Source: Myxococcota bacterium (lineage in GTDB: Bacteria > Myxococcota > JACRCW01). From it: a stretch of DNA of 17,413 nt. This document shows positions 11,147 to 17,413 of the stretch, in pieces; the stretch's first letter is position 1; each line of letters opens with the position of its first letter. A program made the position numbers and the translations under genes. The DNA lies in NCBI GenBank assembly GCA_040752415.1, contig JBFMGU010000220.1, positions 1 through 17,413 of the forward strand, read 5' to 3'. The notes beneath the pieces are model-generated. The model was not told the DNA's origin and ran no database searches. It saw only the letters and a list, made by a program, of their open reading frames with translations.

Positions 11147-14100
11147 TCAGTTCACCGTCAGGGTGCCGAGGTTGGCGGTGGAGAAGTCCGCACCGCCGTT
11201 GCTGCCGGCGCCGTCGGAATCACAGTAGGTGTAGTCCAGTCTGTTGAGGCTGAAGCGGATGACATAGGAGTACGTGCCGGCGGCGGCGGGCGTGTAGCTG
11301 AGGATGTGCTCGTCGGCGGATTGCGTGAAGTCATAGGTGGCGTTGGGCGCGGCGGCGGTGAAGCGCCACAGCGTGTTGGTGCGCGGGTCGGTGCCGCTGG
11401 GGCCCACGCCCACTTCCGAGGTGATGCCGGCCACCGCCACGTTGGAGTTGTCGGTCTGCCCCGTCTCCGTGACCTGGCCCAGGACGTCCACCGGCGTTCC
11501 CGCCGTGGTGGTGAGCGCGGCGTTGTTGAGGCTGCACAGGTCCAGCTCCTCGCCGAGGCCGGTCTCATTCACCGAGCCAACGTAGGTGAACGCGTTGGTG
11601 CGCGTCTGCGTGCTGCCCTGGTCATTGGTCACCACCACGGCCACGCGCGCCGCGGCGGTGGCGCCGGGGACGGCGTCGCAGGTGAGCTGGGTGGCGCTGT
11701 CCACCGTGCAGGTGGCCGCTTGCCCGCCAAAGGTGACCGTGGTGGTTCCCTGGAAGCCGCGGCCGGTGATGACCACGTCGTCGATGGTGGGGGCGGTGGC
11801 GTCGGCCACGCTGCGGTCCGGCGTGATGGTGTCAATGTCCACCTGGTCATTGCCGTTGGAAGCGCCGGGCGTGGGTGACCCGTCGTCGAGGAAGTCGTTG
11901 GCGTTGTTGTTGGTGTCGCTGGTGCCGGCGGGGCGGGCCAACGAATGCGACTGCGCCACGTCGGCGGCAGCGGTGCCCTCGTAGAGCGTCGGGGCGCCCC
12001 AGCCCAACGTGTCCTTGGTGTTGCCGCTGACCAGCAGGCGCATGGACCCGTCCGTGTCATTGGTGGGATCCACCTCCGCGGTCACGTCGGCGTTGGCCAC
12101 CTGCGTGGTGCCGCCCGAGAGGTCCCCCACGACGAGATACCCGTCCACCGGCATGCGGACTCCCGCGCCCAGCGGCGTCATGACCACCGCGTTGTCCTGC
12201 GTGCCAAAGGCGTTGAACGCGCGCAGCTCCACGCCCTGCAGGCTGATGCCGCCGCCGCCCAACAGCTCGACGAACGCCTGTCCGTCAGCGGCCGCCTCGT
12301 AGAGCACCTCGCTGATGAGCAACGTGGCGAGATCCGCGGTGCAGTTCTGGTTGACAATGGCGCCGGTGTGCGCCGCGCCGAAGGTGATGCACCAGTTGTC
12401 TCCGTCGTCGTTGGTGGCGACGTTCCCGAAGCCGGCCCCGAGCTGGGTGCTCACGTTGGTGAAGAACGGGAACACGTCCGCGCCCGGCGTGCCTGAAGTG
12501 ACGAAGTTGGCGGTGTTCACCGCGTCCTGCAGCTCGCCTGAACCGCTGATCATCTTGAGGTTGGCGCCCGGCGTGGGAGCAAAGCTGGCGCCCGGCGTGT
12601 AGATGACCTCCGCGCCGCTGCCGGCAATGCCCACGCGCACGCGGTTGTTCGCGGTCAGCGAGAAGGTTCCCGTTACCACCGCCTCGTCGGCGGCCGTGGT
12701 GCCGGTGGCGAACCGGTAGCCCTGCAGCTCCACCGCCGAGAGCGAGTTGTTCCAGATCTCGATGAACTTGCCGCTCTCCGCGGCGGTGGTCCACATCAGC
12801 TCGGTGACGACGATGACGCCGGCCTGCACGTCGAACGCATCGCTGTCGAAGGAGCCGGCCAGCAACGCGGGCGGCGCGGAAGCGCGCAACGTCACGGCCA
12901 CGCCGCCCTTGTCCAGCTGCACGGCGTTGAACGCGGCGGAGCCGTTGGACATGGTCTGCGTGGCGTTCAACGTGGCGCCACCCGGGTTGTTGCCCACCGT
13001 CAACGTGATGGTCTGCCCGTTCAGGTTCGTGGGGACGTTGTTGAACGCGTCCCGCGCCTGCACCGCGACGTTGAACTGCGTCCCCACGAAGGTGCCGGTG
13101 GGCGGCTGCGTGGTGAACACGAGCTGCGTGGCGTTGCCGGGGTTGGCCGTGGCGCTGAAGGTGAGCGCGGGGAACGCCCCGGAGGTGGCCTGCACGGTGT
13201 TCGTGGCGCCCGCCACCGTGCCCAGCGTCCACACCGTCTCGGCAATGCCGCTGGCGTCGGAGACGTCGAACGCGACGGAGAGCGAACCGCCACCCGCCGT
13301 CACCGCGAAGTCGACCTGGACGCCCTGCACGGGATTCCCGTTCACGTCCTCCACGCGCACCTGGAGCGCCTGCGGCAGGGCCGCGCCCACCGTCCCCGTC
13401 TGCGCGTCGCCGTTGGCAATCTCGATGTGGTCCGCGTTCCCCGCCGTGGCGCTGGCGCTGAAGGTCACCGGCGTCAGGCCCGTCACCAGCGCCTGCACCG
13501 TGTTGTTGCCCACCCCCGCCACGGTGCCCACGGTGAGGTCCGTGGAGGCCAGGCCGTTGGCGTCGGTGACGTCGATGTTGGCGCTGAGCGAGCCGCCGCC
13601 GGTCAACACGGAGAAGTCCACCGTGACGTCGGGAACGCGGTTGTTGAACCGGTCCTCCACGCGCACCACCAGGGACTGCGTGAGCTGCTGGCCCACCGTG
13701 GCGGATTGGTTGTCGCCGGATTCAATGAGAACCTCCGCGGCCACGTCGGGAATGGCGCTGGCGGTGAACGTGTACGAGAGCAGGTTCACCCGCGCCACGA
13801 CGGTGTTGTTGCTGGTGCCCGCGGTCTGTCCCAGGGTGAGCACGGTCTGCGCCTGGCCCTGCGCGTTGGTCTGCACGCTGGTCTGCGTCAAGGACCCGGC
13901 GCCCAGCCCCAGCTCGAAGGTGACGGTGGTGTTGGGCACCACGTTGTTGTTGGCGTCCTTCACGGTGACGACGAACGGCTGCAGCGCGGTGGCCACGACG
14001 CCCGTCTGCCCGTCGCCGGTCTGCTCGAGAATCGCCGGCGCGCCGGGGCCGCCGTTGCTGACGAACTCGACGGGGACCAGCGTTCCCGCGGCCAGGTCGG

Positions 14101-16312
14101 CGCGCACGCGGTTCACGCCCACCACGGGATCCAGGAAGAACGTGGCCTGCGCCAGGCCGTTGCCGTCGGAGGTGACCAGGAGCTGCGTCTGCTGCACGCC
14201 GGGATCCGGACCGCCCACCTCACGCAGGTCGCCGCTGCCCTGGAGGATGGTGAAGCGCACCGAGGCGCCGGGCACCGGGTTGTCCTCCGCGTCGACGACG
14301 GTGACCTGGAGCGGCTGCGCCAACGCCAACCCGGCCACGCCATCCTGGTCCACGCCCACCTTCACCACGTGGTCCGGCGGACCGAGCTGGATGGTGAACG
14401 CGGCGCTGGTGACGGAGAAGGTGCCGTCGTCGGCGATCAGCGTGTAGTTGCCCGGGCGGTTGATGGTGAAGACGTCAAACGTGGCCACGCCGAGCACGAA
14501 CGGCTCCGTGGCACCCTCCAGGGTGGCGTTCAGCGGATTGCTGGTCAGGTCCAGCGTGACGTTGCCGGCGTAGGTGGGGTTGGTGTTCAGGTACTGGTCC
14601 TGCGCCGCCACCTCGAGGGTGGCCATGAACTGCCCCGCCACCGTGTTGGACGGCTCCACCAGGAACCCCAGCCGGTCCACGTTGCCCGCCGAGATGGTGA
14701 ACGCGTTGCTGACGCCGGCGTTGAGGCCGTTCACCGGGTCCGCGTCGTCGATGGCGCGCAGCGTGTAGCCCGCGGCCGCCTTGCGGATGGACACGCCGCT
14801 GAATTGCGCCACGCCCTGGGACGCGGTGGCCGTCACCGTGCCGAACAGAGCGCCGTTCCCCGGGTTGTTCCCGAAGTCGAGGCGCACGTCGGTGGAGAAC
14901 GTGGTGTCCAGGTTGCCCACGTCATCCTGCGCTTCCACGTTGAGCGTGCCCAGGTTGGCTCCCGCCACCACGTTGCCCGGCTGCGTGACGAACACCAGTC
15001 GCGTGGCCTGGCCCTCCGCCGTGATGGCGAAGACATTGCTGGTGGCGTCCTGGAGCCCCCCCGACGTGGCCAGGAGCGTGTACCCGGTGGCCTGCAGGTC
15101 GACGGTGAGGTCCGCGAACGTGGCCACGCCGGAGACGAAGGGCTGCGTGGTGGTGCCGCCCAGCGTGGCGTTGGCGTTGCCGCCCTGCAGGTCCACGGCG
15201 ACGTTGCCGGCGTGCGTGGGCACGGTGTTCCCGAAGTTGTCCTGCACCAGCACGGTGACGGCGGGGTTGATGGGGAACGTGGCGGTGGTGCGGCCCGGCT
15301 GCACACCAAAGGCCAGCGTGGTGGGAGTGGCCGGCGTGATGTTGAACCCACCGCTGACGACGGGATTGAGCCCCTGCACCTGCGCCACCAGCGTGTAGCC
15401 GGTCCCGGCGCGCTGGATGTTGAGGTCATTGAACGACGCGGAGCCGTTGCTGGTGGTGCGCTGCAAGGTGCCCAGCAGCGTGGCGCCGGTGGGGTTGTTC
15501 TGCAGCGCCACGGTGATCTGGGTGGGCGTGGTGGCCACGTTCCCGCGCGCGTCCAGCGTGGTGATGGACACCGCGGACAGGGCGGTCCCAGCCACCGCGC
15601 TGTTGGGTTGCGTGATGAAGACCAGCGCCACCGGCGGGCCCGGCGTGAAGGTGACGCTGGCGGTCTGTTGCAGCGTGACCTGCGAGACGCCGGGGTTGAC
15701 CACCGCGGAGATGACCTTGTTGCCGGCCACGGTGGCGGAGATGCCCACCACGGAGCGGCCCTGCGCGTCGGTGTCCGGCACCACGCCAAGCACGTTGGCG
15801 TCGGTGGCGAAGATGGCCACCTGCGCGCCCTCCACCGGGGAGCTGGTGGTGTCGCGCACGGTGACGGCGACGGTGATGGTGCAGGCGCCGTCCGCCTCAC
15901 AGGTGGTGCGGTCGACCGTCAGCGTGGAGAGCGTGGCGGACACCTGCGGCCCGCCCGTGGAGCTGGACGAGCTGGAGCTGGACGACGACGAGCTGGACGA
16001 GCTGGACGAGGACGAGCTGGAGGAAGAGGAGCTCGACGACGAGCTGGAGGACGACGAGCTCGACGAGGAGCTGGAAGACGAGGAGCTGGACGACGACGAG
16101 CTGGAGGACGACGAGCTCGACGAAGAGCTGGACGAGCCCGACGACGAGCTGGAGGAGCTGGAGACGGTCCCGGAGCTGCTGCTGGTGTCGGGCGGGCCGG
16201 CGTCCAGGGCGACGGGCTCAACCTCGGTCAGCTGAGGCGCCAGGAGCTCACAGCCGGTGGCCAGCACGGCCAGGGGAAACATCAACGGCACGAGGGAACG
16301 GACGCGCGTCAT
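11147..16312 (-). CDS. Giant lipoprotein (~1721 aa) with poly-Ser linker, Ig-like repeats, two lamin-tail-like domains and an IPT/TIG domain; putative surface adhesin or scaffold
   Basis: Start moved to ATG 16312 (SD GGAGGA). Signal II MTRVRSLVPLMFPLAVLATG-C. Approximate layout: Ser tract 16183-15959; invasin Big-1-like domain 15943-15640; four LxF..QP/EP repeats 15637-14381; four GDxQ-type Big-1-like repeats 14380-13136; one more LVFTTQP repeat 13135-12818; LTD-like domains starting VVTELMW (~12817) and LISEVLY (~12320) and ending DTNNNANDF...PTPGASN; IPT/TIG 11843-11582; C-terminal beta domain 11580-11147. Domain names are from motif recognition, not a search. Confidence 0.85.
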   Translation of the reverse strand: MTRVRSLVPLMFPLAVLATGCELLAPQLTEVEPVALDAGPPDTSSSSGTVSSSSSSSSGSSSSSSSSSSSSSSSSSSSSSSSSSSSSSSSSSSSSSSSSSSSSSSSSSSSSSSSSSSSTGGPQVSATLSTLTVDRTTCEADGACTITVAVTVRDTTSSPVEGAQVAIFATDANVLGVVPDTDAQGRSVVGISATVAGNKVISAVVNPGVSQVTLQQTASVTFTPGPPVALVFITQPNSAVAGTALSAVSITTLDARGNVATTPTQITVALQNNPTGATLLGTLQRTTSNGSASFNDLNIQRAGTGYTLVAQVQGLNPVVSGGFNITPATPTTLAFGVQPGRTTATFPINPAVTVLVQDNFGNTVPTHAGNVAVDLQGGNANATLGGTTTQPFVSGVATFADLTVDLQATGYTLLATSGGLQDATSNVFAITAEGQATRLVFVTQPGNVVAGANLGTLNVEAQDDVGNLDTTFSTDVRLDFGNNPGNGALFGTVTATASQGVAQFSGVSIRKAAAGYTLRAIDDADPVNGLNAGVSNAFTISAGNVDRLGFLVEPSNTVAGQFMATLEVAAQDQYLNTNPTYAGNVTLDLTSNPLNATLEGATEPFVLGVATFDVFTINRPGNYTLIADDGTFSVTSAAFTIQLGPPDHVVKVGVDQDGVAGLALAQPLQVTVVDAEDNPVPGASVRFTILQGSGDLREVGGPDPGVQQTQLLVTSDGNGLAQATFFLDPVVGVNRVRADLAAGTLVPVEFVSNGGPGAPAILEQTGDGQTGVVATALQPFVVTVKDANNNVVPNTTVTFELGLGAGSLTQTSVQTNAQGQAQTVLTLGQTAGTSNNTVVARVNLLSYTFTASAIPDVAAEVLIESGDNQSATVGQQLTQSLVVRVEDRFNNRVPDVTVDFSVLTGGGSLSANIDVTDANGLASTDLTVGTVAGVGNNTVQALVTGLTPVTFSASATAGNADHIEIANGDAQTGTVGAALPQALQVRVEDVNGNPVQGVQVDFAVTAGGGSLSVAFDVSDASGIAETVWTLGTVAGATNTVQATSGAFPALTFSATANPGNATQLVFTTQPPTGTFVGTQFNVAVQARDAFNNVPTNLNGQTITLTVGNNPGGATLNATQTMSNGSAAFNAVQLDKGGVAVTLRASAPPALLAGSFDSDAFDVQAGVIVVTELMWTTAAESGKFIEIWNNSLSAVELQGYRFATGTTAADEAVVTGTFSLTANNRVRVGIAGSGAEVIYTPGASFAPTPGANLKMISGSGELQDAVNTANFVTSGTPGADVFPFFTNVSTQLGAGFGNVATNDDGDNWCITFGAAHTGAIVNQNCTADLATLLISEVLYEAAADGQAFVELLGGGGISLQGVELRAFNAFGTQDNAVVMTPLGAGVRMPVDGYLVVGDLSGGTTQVANADVTAEVDPTNDTDGSMRLLVSGNTKDTLGWGAPTLYEGTAAADVAQSHSLARPAGTSDTNNNANDFLDDGSPTPGASNGNDQVDIDTITPDRSVADATAPTIDDVVITGRGFQGTTTVTFGGQAATCTVDSATQLTCDAVPGATAAARVAVVVTNDQGSTQTRTNAFTYVGSVNETGLGEELDLCSLNNAALTTTAGTPVDVLGQVTETGQTDNSNVAVAGITSEVGVGPSGTDPRTNTLWRFTAAAPNATYDFTQSADEHILSYTPAAAGTYSYVIRFSLNRLDYTYCDSDGAGSNGGADFSTANLGTLTVN
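15959..16183 (-). repeat. Poly-serine coding tract (S4-GTV-S8-G-S59)
   Basis: 59 consecutive Ser codons at 16135-15959, using mixed TCC/TCG/AGC and rare TCT. Contains an exact 33-bp direct repeat at 16034-16066 and 16091-16123. Confidence 0.95.
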
Positions 16313-16333
16313 CAGGTCCTCCCAAAAGGCACG

Positions 16334-16353
16334 CCGGGCCAATCTCGGCCCGG
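16334..16353. other. GC-rich inverted repeat (hairpin) just upstream of the lipoprotein ribosome-binding site
   Basis: Plus strand CCGGGCC-AATCTC-GGCCCGG is a perfect 7-bp stem. On the minus strand it is followed by CGTGCC-TTTT and then the SD. Confidence 0.5.
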
Positions 16354-16444
16354 GGCACCCGAAAGCTTGTTGTGTGGCGCGGGGGCAGGTTCCCGCGGTC
16401 CTGGTCGGCACGAAAGCGTGACACACGCCGCCGTGCTCCGCCGC

Positions 16445-17413
16445 TCACTCCGCGTACTGCGAGTAGCGGGCCGGGTCGCCAGCGGTCATCAGCAAGGCCG
16501 CCGCGCCCAACGAGCCGACGACGCCGATACCAAAGGCCAGCAGCGGGCTGAGCGCGGTCAGCGTGATGCCCGTCAGCAGCGCCGCGGGAGATGCCAGCGG
16601 CGTGTACATGGAGAAGCGCTCCAGCTGCTTCTGGTCGTTCTGGTAGACCTGCAGGTAGATGCTCATGCTGTTGCTGGCCACCCAGAGCAGCGCCCCCAGG
16701 ACGCCAACTCCCGACGTGATCCCGGCCAGCACGCCCGTTCCCAGGAGCACGCCCAGGCCACCGGCGCGCTTGATCCACACCGCCTTGGCCTGCTTGTCGC
16801 GGTAGGCGGGGTACGGCACCAGGGCCAGGTTCACCGCCACCTCGTTCCCGTTGACGTCCACCTCCTGCCAGCTGGGGTTGAAGTCCTCCTTCAGCACGGT
16901 GACGTTGTGGCGGCCACCGTCCACCGCAAAGCGGAGCAGCGGCGCCTCACCCACGCGACGTCCATCCAGCAGCACCACCGCGCCCGGCTCACTGGCGTGC
17001 ACGCTGATGAAACCCGCGGCCATGGCCGGTGCGGCAGCGGTGGCGTGCGCAGGCTCCTTCTCGACGAGCTGGGACACCGACGGCGTCTCCGGCAGCGGCA
17101 CACCACCAGCGGCAGGGTTCGCGGCGGCAGGGGTCGCAGGGTCCGTGGCGACGGGGCTGGTGGTGGCGGACGCGGTGGCGCCCGTGGTGGCCGGAGCAGC
17201 GGCGGGGTCGGTGGCGGCGGGCGTTGTGGGGGTGGGCGTGGCGGCAGTGGGCGCGGGCGCCACGGCGGCAACGGCCGGCTCGGACGGCGGAGGCACCACG
17301 GAGGTCACCTTCTCGGCCTCCTTCTTCTTCTTGGCCTCCTCGGCGGCGGCCTGCTTGGCGGCCTTCTCCTCCTCCTTCTTCTTCTTGGCCTCCTCGGCGG
17401 CGGCCTGCTTGGC
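16445..17413 (-). CDS. PEGA-domain membrane protein; start lies beyond the right edge
   Basis: The frame of ORF 16445..17308 stays open to base 17413. It encodes a K/E/A-rich repeat, a Pro/Ala/Thr linker, a PEGA-like domain (GFISVHASEPGAVVLLDGRRVGEAPL...GRHNVTVLKEDF...VNLALVP), and two long Gly-rich hydrophobic segments at the C-terminus. Confidence 0.85.
   Translation of the reverse strand, partial: AKQAAAEEAKKKKEEEKAAKQAAAEEAKKKKEAEKVTSVVPPPSEPAVAAVAPAPTAATPTPTTPAATDPAAAPATTGATASATTSPVATDPATPAAANPAAGGVPLPETPSVSQLVEKEPAHATAAAPAMAAGFISVHASEPGAVVLLDGRRVGEAPLLRFAVDGGRHNVTVLKEDFNPSWQEVDVNGNEVAVNLALVPYPAYRDKQAKAVWIKRAGGLGVLLGTGVLAGITSGVGVLGALLWVASNSMSIYLQVYQNDQKQLERFSMYTPLASPAALLTGITLTALSPLLAFGIGVVGSLGAAALLMTAGDPARYSQYAE
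17309..17413 (-). repeat. 54-bp coding tandem repeat (AKQAAAEEAKKKKEEEKA), at least 2 copies
   Basis: Copy 17413-17360 encodes AKQAAAEEAKKKKEEEKA and copy 17359-17309 encodes AKQAAAEEAKKKKEAEK. The first 14 codons are identical at DNA level. The array is cut by the window edge. Confidence 0.9.

Noticed and set aside
15959..16183. Repetitive GACGAGCTG-type DNA as a possible CRISPR or non-coding array
   Set aside because: No fixed repeat with unique spacers. It is an in-frame serine codon run.
15417..16235. Plus-strand ORF with a long Asp/Glu/Leu acidic tract
   Set aside because: It is simply the reverse complement of the poly-Ser codons in the lipoprotein gene.
16328..16420. GGCAC motifs as sigma54 -24 elements
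   Set aside because: They read GGCAC on the strand opposite the genes, and none has GC at the required GG-N10-GC spacing.
16313..16426. ORF-track N-terminal extension of the lipoprotein (and similarly pilB 10083-10124 and the M16-like gene 2619-2669)
   Set aside because: Downstream ATGs give clear SD sequences (lipoprotein, pilB) and/or proper signal peptides or family N-termini.

Overview
High-GC window, most likely Myxococcota/deltaproteobacterial (inferred from PilB/PilT/PilR sequence style and gene order). All real genes are on the minus strand. In transcription order (right to left): a PEGA-domain membrane protein with a charged tandem repeat (start outside the window); a giant ~1721-aa lipoprotein (59-Ser tract, 10 Ig-like repeats, 2 lamin-tail-like domains, IPT/TIG domain, unassigned C-terminal domain); ribF; the type IVa pilus core pilB-pilT-pilC-pilS-pilR; and two translationally coupled, exported M16-fold proteins that both lack the HXXEH zinc motif. 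The pair sits where pilA normally follows pilR. The second of the pair is absent from the ORF track because it runs off the left edge. The best candidates for undescribed biology are this double-inactive M16 pair at the pilA position and the PEGA plus giant-lipoprotein module. No RNA genes, CRISPR arrays or mobile elements were seen. The long plus-strand ORFs appear to be antisense shadows.
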